64,000 nucleotides of DNA. It comes from a phage. The notes below the pieces were generated by a model. The model made no database searches. It worked only from the letters and a program-made list of their open reading frames with translations, and had not been told where the DNA came from. Position numbers and translations under genes: made by a program. Below are positions 31,586-50,366 of this stretch, piece by piece. Every line of letters starts with the position of its first letter. Position 1 is the stretch's first letter. The stretch lies in assembly GCA_021469345.1 (NCBI GenBank), contig GCA_021469345.1_3049.1. The stretch is one strand, 5' to 3'.

Positions 31586-32395
31586 TTAGAAACGAGATGC
31601 GACTTTCGCATATACACTTACAATATCTTCTGCACCCTGTGCAGCTTTATCTTCTACAGCTTCAGTGACGAAATTCAGTCCGGCTGCTTCAGTATCAGGA
31701 GTATTTATACTCTCAGTAATAGTGCTTTCATCTTTATTAGACTTCTTCACCATTTCTACGATGGCACTCAATTTACTTGAGAATGCATCTGAATAATCCA
31801 TACCTTCGACCAGAGCAGAGACTTTTTCTTTTTGAGACTCAGTCAGATCTTTAGTACTTTCGCTCAATGCCACTTCACGCTGCACATAATTGATATATGC
31901 GTCGCGCATGCTGAGTTCTTCGAACAGACGAGCTGATTCTTCTTTATGTTCTTGCAGCTCTTCTTCCATTTCAGCTACAATATCAACTGATTCTTCTGGA
32001 ACAACAACGTTGTGTTCAACAAAGAGCTCTTTTAATCCACCAAGCATGGATTCAAACAGTTCGGCTTTGATGCCTTTATCAACTGCTAATTTATTTTCAG
32101 CGAGCCATTCTTTCGCAAGATGGTCAATGAATTTAGAAGCTTGCTCAGCGATTTTCTTCTCAGCTTTTTCTTCGGCTTCTTCTTTATTTTTTTCTACTTC
32201 TTCTTCTGCTTTTTCAGCAATTTTAGCGATATGAGATTCAGCTAATTTAACGGCGTGCTGCTTGACGGTAGCTTCGAATACAGTGCCGAAAGTTTCTTTT
32301 GCTTCCGGAGAAATATTAACTGATTCGAAAATACTATCAAGAGCAACGGAAGCATCAATTTTCTGCGCTTCGGCAATCAGTTGTTCTTTAAGCAT
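31586..32395 (-). CDS. 22: prohead core scaffold protein gp22
   Basis: 269 aa; acidic, coiled-coil-rich; synteny. Confidence 0.9.
   Translation of the reverse strand: MLKEQLIAEAQKIDASVALDSIFESVNISPEAKETFGTVFEATVKQHAVKLAESHIAKIAEKAEEEVEKNKEEAEEKAEKKIAEQASKFIDHLAKEWLAENKLAVDKGIKAELFESMLGGLKELFVEHNVVVPEESVDIVAEMEEELQEHKEESARLFEELSMRDAYINYVQREVALSESTKDLTESQKEKVSALVEGMDYSDAFSSKLSAIVEMVKKSNKDESTITESINTPDTEAAGLNFVTEAVEDKAAQGAEDIVSVYAKVASRF
31702..31709 (-). promoter_or_regulatory. candidate late promoter for gene 23 (inside gene 22 3' region)
   Basis: TATTTATA on plus strand about 135 bp upstream of the gene 23 start. Confidence 0.45.
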
Positions 32396-32422
32396 TTTGT
32401 AGTCCTGTTGTTTAGATAATAA

Positions 32423-32430
32423 TATTTATA
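32423..32430 (-). promoter_or_regulatory. late promoter for gene 22
   Basis: TATTTATA on plus strand about 28 bp upstream of the gene 22 start. Confidence 0.6.
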
Positions 32431-33064
32431 ACGCTTTTTTCATGGCCTCTGCGAGAGCCATATAGGCGTCATCGGCACTTGTATCGGCTTCCGCCGTCTG
32501 TGATTCGGTAATTTCCTTAGGAGTTACCCATGCATCTGGAGCACTTGGACCCCATACTGCATCAACACCTACAGTTAATTTGAATCCTTCGTTTACGATA
32601 CGATAACCTTTATTTGTGTCAGTCAATGAACCTAATCCACGAGAAGAAACTCCTGGAATCCATCCGGCACGAATATTAGCTGCTAATTTATCTCCAGGAC
32701 CATGGTCACCTTCAATAACACGAGCTCGTCCGTATACGTCATTTCCTTTCCACCACATATCTTCTATAATGATAGCGGCTTGCATCGGGTCAACATTAGC
32801 GCGTGGAGGATGATTTAATTCTCCGAGAGCTTGTTTAGTTAAAACTTGCTCATTAATATAGTCTTTTACCGCTTTTTCTAATATACGTTTTGGATAAAGA
32901 CGTTTATTTCTATTGACGACTTCCGCTTGCATGAATATTCCTTCGATGTATAAACCCGGTTTTAAACCTAAGTCTTTTCCATCATGGGATTCAAGCATTG
33001 GTACGCCATCAATAATTTCGCCAGGTTGACCCCAAGTTTCAATTAGTAATTGGGGTTCATTCAT
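32426..33064 (-). CDS. 21: prohead protease gp21
   Basis: 212 aa; same length and position as T4 gp21. Confidence 0.9.
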   Translation of the reverse strand: MNEPQLLIETWGQPGEIIDGVPMLESHDGKDLGLKPGLYIEGIFMQAEVVNRNKRLYPKRILEKAVKDYINEQVLTKQALGELNHPPRANVDPMQAAIIIEDMWWKGNDVYGRARVIEGDHGPGDKLAANIRAGWIPGVSSRGLGSLTDTNKGYRIVNEGFKLTVGVDAVWGPSAPDAWVTPKEITESQTAEADTSADDAYMALAEAMKKAL

Positions 33065-33489
33065 TAGCTTAATCCTAATGCTTTACGGCGTTTAAGAGCT
33101 TTTTTACGCTTACGCTGAGCACGAGATTGACCCGCTGGATTGGCAATCTTCGTTTTGGTAGCTTTACGAGCAATTTGTCTACGTTTTGCTTTAGACAGCC
33201 CAGTGGTTTGAAATGCATTTCGTTCGCGGGTTTTGCGATCTTTAGTGCGAGTAATTTCACCACGGGCGGAAACATGTTTAACGATAAATTCATTTAACGG
33301 CATATTTTCATTAATAGAAGATAATGCAACCGCTAAATCAGTTTCATCATCAAGCATATTCTCGACAATTGTATTTATATCGTCTTTATTTAAAGCAGAA
33401 GACAATTCGTCAAAGCGACCCTGTGCTTCAGGAATAAGTGCTTCGACATTCTCGAGAACTAATTCATGAGTTTCAGGGATCAGAAGCAT
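33064..33489 (-). CDS. 68: prohead core protein gp68
   Basis: 141 aa; synteny. Confidence 0.85.
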   Translation of the reverse strand: MLLIPETHELVLENVEALIPEAQGRFDELSSALNKDDINTIVENMLDDETDLAVALSSINENMPLNEFIVKHVSARGEITRTKDRKTRERNAFQTTGLSKAKRRQIARKATKTKIANPAGQSRAQRKRKKALKRRKALGLS

Positions 33490-33733
33490 TATTCATCATC
33501 CTCGTCTTCGTCAGAGTCTTTGTCTTTTTTGTCGTCTTTATCATCGCTATCTTCGTCATCATCTTCATCTTCATCCTCGTCTTCAGGTTCTTCACCTTCG
33601 ATTAAGAAATTACGAGCGATAGCGATTTTTTCTTCTTTAATTAAATCAATCGTTCTTGCAGCCATGGCTTCAGCAAATAATTTACGAGCGGCTACGAGGT
33701 CGTTTGATTTAATAGCTTCAATTAAACCTTCCA

Positions 33734-33734
<1 letters not shown>
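33489..33734 (-). CDS. 67: prohead core protein gp67 (acidic tail)
   Basis: 81 aa with C-terminal D/E-rich tract; synteny. Confidence 0.85.
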
Positions 33735-35359
<1,625 letters not shown>

Positions 35360-35391
35360 TTAAGCAGGATGGGGATTTCTCCCCATTCATT

Positions 35392-35883
35392 TTATTCCCA
35401 ATAATCGAGAGCAAGAGTTACTTCAAATGTTTGGATTTCATTGTTTGAATCCCAATCTAATTGAAGTTCACCCACGTTAGTAGGCCACAGACCTTTAATT
35501 TCAATTTCTTTTGTTACTGTTTTAGCGTCACGAGCATATTGACGAACGATAGCGCTCTTTTTATACTCTGCAGGTTTTCCACCAGTAATTTCGTTTCCTT
35601 GTCCCGCAGCAATGCTTTGCCAATCAACAAACTTCTGGCGAGCATCATGTGCCTCATCGTTCATTACTGTAACAGTCCAGTCATCAAATGTACGATCGCC
35701 TGCTACGTTAATTTTACGGTTCATAAATCCGACTGGAATTTTTTCTACAATACCAGCTGGTAAAGCAGTGGCTTTACATTGAAACGTAAAATTTTGTCCA
35801 AGATAAGAAATTTCTACTTGGAATAAGTTAGGTCGCGCAAAATCACCAGATTCAAACGCTCGTGTTACATCATCTACAAACAT
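35392..35883 (-). CDS. 19: tail tube protein gp19
   Basis: 163 aa; same length and position as T4 gp19. Confidence 0.9.
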   Translation of the reverse strand: MFVDDVTRAFESGDFARPNLFQVEISYLGQNFTFQCKATALPAGIVEKIPVGFMNRKINVAGDRTFDDWTVTVMNDEAHDARQKFVDWQSIAAGQGNEITGGKPAEYKKSAIVRQYARDAKTVTKEIEIKGLWPTNVGELQLDWDSNNEIQTFEVTLALDYWE

Positions 35884-35897
35884 ATTAGCCTCTGTAG

Positions 35898-35905
35898 TAT
35901 TTATA
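35898..35905 (-). promoter_or_regulatory. late promoter for gene 19
   Basis: TATTTATA on plus strand about 15 bp upstream of the gene 19 start. Confidence 0.55.
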
Positions 35906-35999
35906 TCCCTATGTTTAACCTAGGGCATATAGAATTAAAGAATTAAGGATATAGTGTATTTATATGGCCTGCCGAAACAGGCCTTTAGAATGCACCGTA

Positions 36000-37979
36000 T
36001 TAACCTGCAAGACCAGTTAACTCATCGAAATCTGCACCAGTAGCAGTTGCGACGAAATTAAGTTGGATATAATTTATACTGCGCGCCGGTTGGATGTAGA
36101 ATGTTGCAACAAACTCATTTCTATCAATTACTGACGGAGTGTTATTTGTTGTATCGCAAACTACACGATATTCATAAATTCCACCGAGAGCTTTAATTCC
36201 CTGTAAGTACTGGGCAGTTTCTGTGCGGAATGATGAACGAGTAAACGCGTTGTTTAATTCGAACAAACGATATTTTGAACTACGTCCGATATTCGTTTTC
36301 AACATATTAAACAGACGACGAACGTTAATACGATCAAATGGAGAAGGAACAGAAGTAGCTGTTTTATCACCGTATAATACGTAACCATCACCACCTGTAC
36401 CAGTTACTGGGTTGATAGCTTCTTGGTATAAACGGTCGCGCTGAGCCTGGCGAGTTTCAATAGCCAGTTTAATAACGTTCAAAATTTGGCCACGATTATA
36501 ACCAGCTGGAGACATCCAAGTCTGAGATACGTTATCAGTTCTTGCGCATAAACCCGCAATATCAGCTGCTAATGGAACCCAGCGATTGACATCATTGTAT
36601 TTGTCATACTGATATTTGTAGTTACCATCAATTGCTGCATAAGTTGAACTAATATTAAAGTTATTATCAGTATATGAACCTGTGGCAGTTCTCCAGTTAA
36701 CTAAATTATCTACTGCGCGGGTTACAGGAATTCCAACTACAGTTTCACGCGGAGGTGAGCACAATACTAAGCAATCTTGACGAGCATCCCCAATTGAAAC
36801 GACGTGTTTTTGGACAGTAGATGCTGTTTCAAGAGATTCACCGGCACAAGAACCCGCAATAAACAGCTGAACGTCAACAGATTCACGGTCAGCAAAGAAG
36901 TCCCAAGCTTCCATCAAATCTCCTGCTGTTACTTCAGCATTTGATGATAACCCACCAGACAGAGTTAAAATTCCAGAGAATCCTTCTGGCCAGTTTTGTG
37001 CAGTTGCAAAAATATATTCTGAACCACCTTTTGCGAAAAAGTCATCGATATAGATGTTACTATCGTAAATATCTTTTTCACCACGCTTAGTTGAAAGAAC
37101 AATGCTTTGAACAATAGCATCATTACGACGAACTATAATAGCATACTGTGAATCAGTTTGTGGTCCATATCCAAACACAGCTTTAGCAGTAGATGCACGA
37201 GTACCACCGCCTGGATAAATTGGCAGTAATGCAGAAGCCCCTTTTGCGTAGTCAGCTTTAGATACGATTTCAACTTCAATTTTATCGCCTAATTCGCCTG
37301 GATAAAGAGCTACTACTCCTGGAATTCCGTATTTTTCGAGATTTGCTTGAAAGCCAGCCTCTGTCATAGCAGCTTCAGCATTTTCAATTTCAGCTAATAA
37401 AATACCAGAATCAGTAATAATTTTTCCAAGAGTTATTACTGCAGCTAAACCAGAGGAAGATGAAGAAATTTCCGCAGTCCAGTTAGAACCTAGTGCTGGA
37501 TATTCACCGACTTCTTTAGCTTTAGCGATAATTTTTGCAGTAGGAATATTAATTTTCTTAATTTTTCCATCTACGTCTACTTCAGTAATTTTACCTTCAG
37601 TTTCAATAGCATCTGAAACATATTTGACCGTGATTTTATCTCCAACTGCGTAGTTACTACCTGGGGTAGAAATTGTGTATTCAATATTACCGGCAATCGG
37701 AGATGAGTTTTTAGCGGTATCTCTATCAACAGCACGAACTACTCGTAAGTCATTTCCGTACTGCAAGAAATTCATCGCAGACATAAAATAGTCAGCAGTT
37801 TCAGCGGTTGGTTGACCAAAAGTATTAACTAAATCTACTTCATTTGTAACCTGTTTAATCTGAAAAGCAGGACCCCACTGGAATTTACCGGCCAAAGCTG
37901 CTGTACCAGTAGAGTTATTAACCACGGTGCTTTGAACCGTAGTTTCTTTGAGCTCAATGCCCGGAGATAATAAAGTCAT
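36000..37979 (-). CDS. 18: contractile tail sheath protein gp18
   Basis: 659 aa; same length and position as T4 gp18. Confidence 0.92.
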   Translation of the reverse strand: MTLLSPGIELKETTVQSTVVNNSTGTAALAGKFQWGPAFQIKQVTNEVDLVNTFGQPTAETADYFMSAMNFLQYGNDLRVVRAVDRDTAKNSSPIAGNIEYTISTPGSNYAVGDKITVKYVSDAIETEGKITEVDVDGKIKKINIPTAKIIAKAKEVGEYPALGSNWTAEISSSSSGLAAVITLGKIITDSGILLAEIENAEAAMTEAGFQANLEKYGIPGVVALYPGELGDKIEVEIVSKADYAKGASALLPIYPGGGTRASTAKAVFGYGPQTDSQYAIIVRRNDAIVQSIVLSTKRGEKDIYDSNIYIDDFFAKGGSEYIFATAQNWPEGFSGILTLSGGLSSNAEVTAGDLMEAWDFFADRESVDVQLFIAGSCAGESLETASTVQKHVVSIGDARQDCLVLCSPPRETVVGIPVTRAVDNLVNWRTATGSYTDNNFNISSTYAAIDGNYKYQYDKYNDVNRWVPLAADIAGLCARTDNVSQTWMSPAGYNRGQILNVIKLAIETRQAQRDRLYQEAINPVTGTGGDGYVLYGDKTATSVPSPFDRINVRRLFNMLKTNIGRSSKYRLFELNNAFTRSSFRTETAQYLQGIKALGGIYEYRVVCDTTNNTPSVIDRNEFVATFYIQPARSINYIQLNFVATATGADFDELTGLAG

Positions 37980-38007
37980 TTTTAATCCTCTTTAATATGC
38001 TTTAATA

Positions 38008-41148
<3,141 letters not shown>

Positions 41149-41189
41149 GACTTCTCCTAATCTGGGCTTTAATTAATTTATAATATTTA

Positions 41190-42891
<1,702 letters not shown>

Positions 42892-42904
42892 TTAAAAATC
42901 CTTT

Positions 42905-42920
42905 GGGGCCTTGCGGCCCC
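42905..42920 (-). terminator. hairpin after wac (possible terminator)
   Basis: ggggcc-ttgc-ggcccc between the wac stop and gene 13 start. Confidence 0.45.
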
Positions 42921-42924
42921 CATG

Positions 42925-44388
42925 TTATGCTGGTGATAAAAAGGTAGAAAGTAATACCCATTCGCCGTCTTTACGAACGTAAGCTTGGCCATCTTTTGGA
43001 GCTTCAGGAATATAACCTGCTTCTTGGAGAGCTTGAACATCACCTTGCAGAGAAGATATACTACCTTTAGCGGTATTCACTTCTTGTGTAACTGATGCAA
43101 TGTTGGTTTCGTTAGCTTTTATTGAATTGGTTAATCCTCGTTCTTCGACAGTTGAACCATTTGGGTTAGTTCCATTTACTAAAGTATTTAACGCTACAAC
43201 TTGCCCTTTAATTCTTGTGCTGTTATTACCAATTTCTACCTGTAGGTTTTGAACATCGTTATTCAAGCCTGAAACAGAAGTTTCAATTGTAGAAACTCGG
43301 TTTAAAAGAGACCCAGGAGGAGACGGTTGTCCACCGCTAGAATCAGTTCCAACAATTTGGTTTAACCATGAAACATTCGCTCTTAAACCAGATGAAGTGT
43401 TTTCACCTACAATTCCGTTTAGAGCTTCGATTGAAGTTGTATTATCTTTAATTTGTCCTTTAATACTCGAAGGAATATCATCTGAACCAATGGAAGTTTC
43501 AATAACTGTTAAACGCTGTTTAATACCTCCACTTTGATTTAGCTCTAAATTAATAGATGCAATATTATCAGTGTTTGTATTAATACTCGTGATAATCGAA
43601 TTATTTCCTGGATATCCTATTGAGGTCTTAATAGCACTAATGTCAGATTCAAATGTTGTCTGTTTAGTGTCAATTTCATTTAAACGACTATAAACGTTTT
43701 GTGAAAATGATGGTGGTTTCGGTCCAAGCTCTTCACGAAGATTACCAACTTCAATAGTCAAAGAACCTACATCAGATTCAATAAATTTTGTTTCTAATTC
43801 GCTTAAACGTATTCCCTGCGAAGTAATGGCATCAGTATTATTAATAATGCGATGCTTCATTCCACTACTAGGATTTCCTACAACAGGAAGACCATTAATA
43901 TCTTGACCTGCGTATTGTCCAAGTTCACGCTTTATCCACAGTAAATCATTTCTGATTGTTCTGTATACAGAGTTGGCCTCAGAGTTAAATGGACCAATAT
44001 CAGCAAGAATACTGTCAACCGTACTATTAGTTCCATTTAATATTTCTGTATGTTCACTGGTTAGCGTTTTGAGGTCAGAAATATCCTTTTTATTGATACC
44101 TATTTGGGCCAAAGCTTCAATATCACCAGATACATCTAAGATGCCCTGAATTGTTTTAATATCACTATTTGCGGTTTCTAAAGATGTTTTAAGTATTCCA
44201 ATGTTTTTATCAAGAACTTCAACATTTCTTAGTACGGAAACTGTAGGTCTATTCATTGAACCTTCACTTCCATACTGTGTATCAGCTCCTAAAATTTCTT
44301 CGCCGTTTTTAATCCAGGAAATGCGGCTCTGGCCCTCTGCAGGAGGGCCGTCAACGAATGGTAAGTCATTCAGTACAATATCTGTCAT
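42925..44388 (-). CDS. wac: fibritin (whisker antigen control, neck whiskers)
   Basis: 487 aa; long Ser/Thr/Asn-rich coiled-coil segments; ends ...[27 protein letters not shown] (foldon-like C-terminus). Confidence 0.9.
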   Translation of the reverse strand: MTDIVLNDLPFVDGPPAEGQSRISWIKNGEEILGADTQYGSEGSMNRPTVSVLRNVEVLDKNIGILKTSLETANSDIKTIQGILDVSGDIEALAQIGINKKDISDLKTLTSEHTEILNGTNSTVDSILADIGPFNSEANSVYRTIRNDLLWIKRELGQYAGQDINGLPVVGNPSSGMKHRIINNTDAITSQGIRLSELETKFIESDVGSLTIEVGNLREELGPKPPSFSQNVYSRLNEIDTKQTTFESDISAIKTSIGYPGNNSIITSINTNTDNIASINLELNQSGGIKQRLTVIETSIGSDDIPSSIKGQIKDNTTSIEALNGIVGENTSSGLRANVSWLNQIVGTDSSGGQPSPPGSLLNRVSTIETSVSGLNNDVQNLQVEIGNNSTRIKGQVVALNTLVNGTNPNGSTVEERGLTNSIKANETNIASVTQEVNTAKGSISSLQGDVQALQEAGYIPEAPKDGQAYVRKDGEWVLLSTFLSPA

Positions 44389-45968
44389 TCTTTTACCTTA
44401 ATTATGTAGTTTAAAGAAATGTTCCATGGACGTGTTTCATTTCCAATTAATTCAGGACGATTTAATGTATATTTGGAATTACGCTGCGATTCTGGGTCAA
44501 TTTCATATCCGTCATTGGTGAAGTATGAACGGTTATCCCAGTCAAGTCCTTTACGTGTACCAACAAAATTTGATCTACGGGTATTACCGAATGCCCCAGA
44601 ATCATCATGCTCACCAAATCCACCAGCATGTTTATGATAAGACATCTGCTGTTTCTGTACTTCACCAACATATCCACCAGTACAACCTACACCTAATCTA
44701 GGCTTACCAAATTGGTCATTGCCATTAACATTTGGATTCGTTAAGTGAGAGCCACGACCAGAGCCACGAACAAAAAGACCGCGCATGTCAGGCAATCCGG
44801 GATTTGATGAACTTCCGCCATATCTTGTTCCAATTCTAGAAGCATATAATGGACAATCTGAAGCTGAAACAGTTCCGCCATGACAGAATCGCCAAGCATC
44901 ACTAGGAAGGCTATCAGCCGCCCACATCATAATAGCTCCGACAGGAATAGTTCTATCAATTTCATTTTGCGTTACAACACGCTTACCTTGAATATAACCA
45001 CCGGTCATGTTAACTGTTCCGGTAATATTTGCTCCGCCTGAAGCTATTGTAAGTGTGTTATTAATGCGGAGTGTTCCATTAATCGTTTGACCACCTCTTT
45101 GGTGGATAACGTCAGCATTCCAAGCTAAGGCTGATGAAGCATCTCCTCCGCTTTGTGAACCAGCGGTTGTAGTTAATTTAACTACGCCTCTCATTGACGT
45201 TGTAGAACCACGGCCATTAAGAGTTGCGCCAGTAACTGCGACTGAAGCATTATTCGAGTTAACTTCTGACTGTGTTCCTAATTTAATTACACCTTTATAC
45301 TCTTCAGTAGCAGTAGAATTCATAAACGTATAAGGAGAAATCGCATAGCCTTCTCTTAAAGTTCCTTGACGAACTTGCGCTACTGTTGCTAATTGAACAA
45401 CGCCTTGGTCCGATTCGGTAGCTGTGGTTTCAGAAGGAGCAATTTGCGCAATTAATTTAATAGCTAACTGCTGTGTTTTTAATGGAGTCATTGCAGTAGT
45501 ATCATCTGCACCAGCTAATGCTTGCGGTAGAGATGAAATTTTAATAACACCATTCGAGGATTCAGTTGAAACTCGTGTTTCAAACGCATTATTAAGAGCA
45601 ACAGTAAATTTAGCTGGAGTTATAGAAGATTCGTTATTAACTCCGGCAATGGCTTCATCATTGGTTGAATACCTTGTTAATCCGTAAACAGTTTCAGTTG
45701 CGTTTGGATATGATAATCTTGTTGCCAGCGTTGCTGGTGTAACTGCTTTGGTATTATTAGTTCCATCTATAACTTCCTGTTCAGTGGCAAGAAATAAAAT
45801 TCCCTTTGTTGTTGACGATGCATCAGGAACTCCATTTACGCCAGCAGGAGAAATGGCTGCTATAGCAGCCTGAACATCAGTAATCTCTGGTGGAAAATTC
45901 GTATCGGTAGGATCAAATTTTACATAACGAGATTCATTAGAAACGTGTTGATATGTATTATTACTCAT
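44385..45968 (-). CDS. 12: short tail fibre protein gp12
   Basis: 527 aa; same length and position as T4 gp12. Confidence 0.9.
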   Translation of the reverse strand: MSNNTYQHVSNESRYVKFDPTDTNFPPEITDVQAAIAAISPAGVNGVPDASSTTKGILFLATEQEVIDGTNNTKAVTPATLATRLSYPNATETVYGLTRYSTNDEAIAGVNNESSITPAKFTVALNNAFETRVSTESSNGVIKISSLPQALAGADDTTAMTPLKTQQLAIKLIAQIAPSETTATESDQGVVQLATVAQVRQGTLREGYAISPYTFMNSTATEEYKGVIKLGTQSEVNSNNASVAVTGATLNGRGSTTSMRGVVKLTTTAGSQSGGDASSALAWNADVIHQRGGQTINGTLRINNTLTIASGGANITGTVNMTGGYIQGKRVVTQNEIDRTIPVGAIMMWAADSLPSDAWRFCHGGTVSASDCPLYASRIGTRYGGSSSNPGLPDMRGLFVRGSGRGSHLTNPNVNGNDQFGKPRLGVGCTGGYVGEVQKQQMSYHKHAGGFGEHDDSGAFGNTRRSNFVGTRKGLDWDNRSYFTNDGYEIDPESQRNSKYTLNRPELIGNETRPWNISLNYIIKVKE

Positions 45969-46624
45969 GCTGTTCTCTCAAAATGATAAAATACTGTAGG
46001 AGTCTGCTGATTATCTAAAGTTACCGTTTGTGCGCCTAATAAATTCCATGTACCGTAGCCAGGTTTAGACTCAGAAATAATTTCCTGCGAAATAGTTATT
46101 CCATATGTAGAATATGTGCTTAATACATGTTTTTGATTATCTAAATAAGTAACTTCTAATTTACTACCATCTGTTGGATGGTCTTTATATGAGTTGATAG
46201 CAGTAAATGACGCAATAGCTTCTTGAAGGGCAACACGAACTTTTGCAACAAACTCAATTGCCGTCATTCCAGTTGTTGCTGAAACTGGAAGACCAAATAC
46301 TAATACCGTAACAGGAGAACCCGGAGGAAGAGAATCGTCTGTTACAGTTCCAGAAAATGCCCAATAATCAGTTTGAGAAACACCCTCAGGAGAAACACCA
46401 GTTTTATTAGTAATAATTGTACCAACGTCTTTTATAGAAAAATTATGAACGTCATTAATAGCTGATTCTACGTTTGGTTCATAAAATCCTTTCGCTAATT
46501 GAGAAATTGTCACTGACCCAACTGATTGACGATTCATTACATCTATATTACCAGCTTTAGGTCTAAAACCAAGAAAATCGGCTAAGCGGGAAATAACTCC
46601 CGCTTTATTATTAAGTAAACTCAT
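45965..46624 (-). CDS. 11: baseplate wedge / short-fibre attachment protein gp11
   Basis: 219 aa from ATG at 46624 (TAATG overlap with the gene 10 stop); ORF track extends 6 codons upstream. Confidence 0.85.
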   Translation of the reverse strand: MSLLNNKAGVISRLADFLGFRPKAGNIDVMNRQSVGSVTISQLAKGFYEPNVESAINDVHNFSIKDVGTIITNKTGVSPEGVSQTDYWAFSGTVTDDSLPPGSPVTVLVFGLPVSATTGMTAIEFVAKVRVALQEAIASFTAINSYKDHPTDGSKLEVTYLDNQKHVLSTYSTYGITISQEIISESKPGYGTWNLLGAQTVTLDNQQTPTVFYHFERTA

Positions 46625-48432
46625 TATGCAATCCTTATCCAACGATAAACTGTAATATATGGTTGAATGTTAGTTATTGATGTTGGCGGAGTGTGAGTAG
46701 AGTTAGTAGATGCTTTAGCTTCACGGTATTTAGTGTAAATTGGACCGGATTCATCTGGATCGTATTGACACCCACCAACAATGACTGATCCATTTTCATC
46801 AACTATTAGAACTTCTTCATCTGTTTCAGTTGCAGGAAGATTAGCATTTTCCAATGTAACCGAAGTAGAACCACCTGTTCCACCTGCAGTATGTGAAGGA
46901 TTTCCACCGGAATCTAAATCGTTGTTATTTAGAGCGAAATTCGGATCCGAAATATCTTCATTCCATCCAACTAAAACTTTTCCTTGCCCAAATAATTTCC
47001 ATGAGCCGAATCCCATATATGTAACAGGGTTGTTTGGATTAACAGCGTTTTCATATATAGTTCCAATAGGATAAATCGTATCAAAGATATTTGAAACAGC
47101 ATTAAATTCGCGTTGATAAGATTGAACTGCTTCTACATTTGGCCAACCAATTTTATCGAAGTCTGTTAAATTTACATCACCAGAAATATCTACTCCCGGT
47201 CCTTGCGATACATAGAGATTATCAGTTTCATCAATAATCTCATCTTTTGTCAATAATGTACCCAAATCATTATTAAACCAGGTGATATTGATAATGTCAC
47301 CATGCTCAAATACTCTATCGAAATGTAAAATTTCCGGTATGCCGTTTTCATCAGTTTCAATTGAATAATCGGTATGAGATTGTTCCCAAGTTCCACCTAA
47401 AACAGAGCATTCTACTTCATCGTCTGAATCGGCACCAATACAATGAAATAATGGCATTCCAACTGTGCCAGCCAATTCCTGCAAAATTCCGTTAAAACGA
47501 ACCTCAAGAGAGTTAGGATTAATAGGTTCTCCTGGAATTAATCCAAAAGCAGAAAATGGAATTGATTTCATTGTTGATAAATCAGTAACGTAAATGCTTC
47601 CTTCTAAAGAAGTTTTTGATGTTAATTTTGAATCTAACAATCTAATTTGACGTCTTGTATATGAACTTCTCCACTGCGATACACCATCCATAAATGTTTC
47701 AATTTGAACAGTGTCACCAATATTACAAGGCTGTCTTAATCGAATATTAAATCCATCAAGAGGAACCAGTTCTCCTTCATTTTCGCCCGGAGAGCCAAAA
47801 TCACTGTTTTCGCTAAACACATCGCCGTAATACAATTCGTTACCACGATGTTTTACTCTGATGTTATTTACATTATAACTGGTTCCACGGAAAACATCTA
47901 AAAAGTCCGTTTGTCCTTGGACTTCGACTAAAAATTCTTTACGAGCTACATTACTAATGTCTGAACTGGTAATTTTGTCAATTTGTTTATTTTTGACATA
48001 TTCCCAACGTCCTGGGGCACAATACACTAGTTCTAAATCGCTGAATTGAACATTAATTTCAACTGGTACTGCAGACCCTTTAATCGTATCACCGGAAGCA
48101 GCTACTAGTGTAACTGGGTTGACGTTCCATGTAGCAAATACGTCTCTAGCTCTAATTACCTTGTTGTAATCATTAACTGTTCCTTTTGGAAGATTTATAG
48201 TCACTCTTCCAGAAGAGGTATTAATAGCGTATGATTTTCCCCATTCAGCTTTTAGTGTTTGCCCAGATGAAGCATCATAAGTTTTCCAGGCACCAGCTGA
48301 ATATGGAACGTCTCCATCACCGAGCTCGTAATAAAGCTCATCAAAGTTTTCATTTATTTTTATACCACCTTTACGCAGGTAGTCACCGGTACCATCATCT
48401 ACAACATTACCGATATTAATATTTTGTTTCAT
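46624..48432 (-). CDS. 10: baseplate wedge protein gp10
   Basis: 602 aa; synteny. Confidence 0.9.
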   Translation of the reverse strand: MKQNINIGNVVDDGTGDYLRKGGIKINENFDELYYELGDGDVPYSAGAWKTYDASSGQTLKAEWGKSYAINTSSGRVTINLPKGTVNDYNKVIRARDVFATWNVNPVTLVAASGDTIKGSAVPVEINVQFSDLELVYCAPGRWEYVKNKQIDKITSSDISNVARKEFLVEVQGQTDFLDVFRGTSYNVNNIRVKHRGNELYYGDVFSENSDFGSPGENEGELVPLDGFNIRLRQPCNIGDTVQIETFMDGVSQWRSSYTRRQIRLLDSKLTSKTSLEGSIYVTDLSTMKSIPFSAFGLIPGEPINPNSLEVRFNGILQELAGTVGMPLFHCIGADSDDEVECSVLGGTWEQSHTDYSIETDENGIPEILHFDRVFEHGDIINITWFNNDLGTLLTKDEIIDETDNLYVSQGPGVDISGDVNLTDFDKIGWPNVEAVQSYQREFNAVSNIFDTIYPIGTIYENAVNPNNPVTYMGFGSWKLFGQGKVLVGWNEDISDPNFALNNNDLDSGGNPSHTAGGTGGSTSVTLENANLPATETDEEVLIVDENGSVIVGGCQYDPDESGPIYTKYREAKASTNSTHTPPTSITNIQPYITVYRWIRIA

Positions 48433-49298
48433 TATTGAGCCACCCCGATTTTCTGCGTAGCGATAACTTTAACTGCTGCTCTCATACCGACAGTTGAAGA
48501 ACTTATAGTCGCCGTTACATAATTTTCTTTAATACTAAATGCAATATTAGCGATTTCGTCTTCTTCGGTTTCATTCCCAACTCGCATGACAGCATATTCA
48601 GAAGAAATTACCTCTGAATTGACAGTATCCACAAGAATATTTATTTCTGCTGTTTTAATTTTTCTTCCATCTACCGATTGGCACGTAACTAGCAATTTAG
48701 CCATATTGTATTCAGTGCGATGAAATAATGGAATGTCAACTGATCCAGATGTAGAAATATTCCATGTACCTTCAGCTGGTGATTCCTTTTGTCCAAACAT
48801 ACTTTCAATAGAATAATTCCAAACCGAAGTAGAATTATCAGATGAAATACAACGTAAAGTAACTTTACTATATGGGCTAGTTACTACTAAATTACCTGAA
48901 ACACCTTTAATTGAATCAATAGCTTGAATTGTCAAAGGATTAGTAACTGATATTGATCCATTAGAGTTAATGAATTCAACACAATCGCCGAGTTCGCCTC
49001 TTTCAATGATAACTTTAACACCTACAGTAGAGGTATCAATATCATGCCTAGTGCCAACTTTTACTGGAGTTGCATACTCTGCGATAGTGTGTTTTTGATA
49101 ATATCCAGTAGCATGGATAATTTGACCATCTGCTCCAGTGCCATTTGCTACTGCCATTTTACGCTGATCGCCAAACGCATTATAAATTGCGTTAAAATCA
49201 CTATTAATTTTATTACCACCGTCGAATAAGATATCACCAGTAGAAGCGTTACCAATTTCGCCGGTATCAATCAATTTCTTTGGTTCTTGAATGAACAT
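48432..49298 (-). CDS. 9: baseplate wedge protein gp9 (long tail fibre socket)
   Basis: 288 aa; synteny. Confidence 0.9.
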   Translation of the reverse strand: MFIQEPKKLIDTGEIGNASTGDILFDGGNKINSDFNAIYNAFGDQRKMAVANGTGADGQIIHATGYYQKHTIAEYATPVKVGTRHDIDTSTVGVKVIIERGELGDCVEFINSNGSISVTNPLTIQAIDSIKGVSGNLVVTSPYSKVTLRCISSDNSTSVWNYSIESMFGQKESPAEGTWNISTSGSVDIPLFHRTEYNMAKLLVTCQSVDGRKIKTAEINILVDTVNSEVISSEYAVMRVGNETEEDEIANIAFSIKENYVTATISSSTVGMRAAVKVIATQKIGVAQ

Positions 49299-49322
49299 AG
49301 CGGTTTCCTTATGAGTTTATAG

Positions 49323-49330
49323 TATTTATA
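49323..49330 (-). promoter_or_regulatory. late promoter for gene 9
   Basis: TATTTATA on plus strand about 25 bp upstream of the gene 9 start. Confidence 0.6.
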
Positions 49331-49336
49331 AAGAAA

Positions 49337-49358
49337 AAGGGAGCCCGTGGGCTCCCTT
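49337..49358 (-). terminator. rho-independent terminator after gene 8
   Basis: aagggagccc-gtg-ggctccctt hairpin followed by a U-run on the minus strand. Confidence 0.7.
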
Positions 49359-49361
49359 AAT

Positions 49362-50366
49362 TTAAAATGTAAACAGAATATTGATTTCTTCTGTTTGATC
49401 CATTGCCATAATAATAGGTGGCCTATTTTCCATATAAATCATTTCGCCCGAATGCCTCATTAAATCTTCCGGATCATAATAATCCTTTTCAGCTTTAACG
49501 TTTGGGTCATTTGGATGAGCTTTAGCTTCAAGAGGATTCGTGATTATTGATATTTGTCTAAATCCTTTATTTCCTGGCAATGCAGCTTCAGGAAAATAAA
49601 CTGAATCTAAATATGCTTTAAAACGAATAGTATTTGCCTTAACACGGTAAATTAATCCAAAATCATCTTGTTGCCAAGTGAGATTATCTTCATATCCCCA
49701 TCTAGTCGGGTCTTCTTTTAATTCCTCAGGCCAAGGAACCACGATATATTCATTTGTGCATCTATTTATAGATACATCAGGCGGAATCTCAAATAGATAT
49801 TCCCACACATACCCGTCTCCTGGTTCAATTGTTCCTTCAGCATCTCCTCGGCCTTCAGGCGGAGTCATTGACCTAGCAGAAGGAGTCCATTTTCCACCTA
49901 ACTTAAGGCATTCATCTTTATCAGTTAAAGATGCTATTGAACACATTCCGGTATCAGGAACATCTAAACAACGATATACTAACCAGCCTGCGCCTGATTC
50001 AGTAGCGTTGTAAGGAGCTGAGTTACACACTACAATGTCATTAATTCTAAATGTGTATGGATCAGGATATCGAGTATCTCCCCAATCTCTACGAGGAATA
50101 ACTGCATCAAGCATTGATGGAAGAACTTTTACTGTTCCCATCATATGCGTCCACATGTCAGTTACACCTAATACAGAATCAGTGGGATAAGGCGGGGCAA
50201 AGCCCGCCTCATTTTCATTTGATGACCACGGTTCTGATCTTCCAAATGTGATAAAGATAGTGTTTTTATCCGGACCACTTCCAATTGAATTATAAAAATT
50301 CAACATTTTTTCTGTTCTAAATTTTGAAGTAACTATCGCACGATAGATAACACTTGAATCATTCAT
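49362..50366 (-). CDS. 8: baseplate wedge protein gp8
   Basis: 334 aa; synteny. Confidence 0.9.
   Translation of the reverse strand: MNDSSVIYRAIVTSKFRTEKMLNFYNSIGSGPDKNTIFITFGRSEPWSSNENEAGFAPPYPTDSVLGVTDMWTHMMGTVKVLPSMLDAVIPRRDWGDTRYPDPYTFRINDIVVCNSAPYNATESGAGWLVYRCLDVPDTGMCSIASLTDKDECLKLGGKWTPSARSMTPPEGRGDAEGTIEPGDGYVWEYLFEIPPDVSINRCTNEYIVVPWPEELKEDPTRWGYEDNLTWQQDDFGLIYRVKANTIRFKAYLDSVYFPEAALPGNKGFRQISIITNPLEAKAHPNDPNVKAEKDYYDPEDLMRHSGEMIYMENRPPIIMAMDQTEEINILFTF

Noticed and set aside
31890-32234. Plus-strand Ser-rich ORF inside gene 22
   Set aside because: Antisense to the acidic scaffold gene; compositional artefact
33500-33600. GA-rich low-complexity tract as a possible tandem repeat or CRISPR-like array
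   Set aside because: It encodes the acidic C-terminal tail of gp67; no repeat-spacer periodicity; no CRISPR arrays seen anywhere in the window
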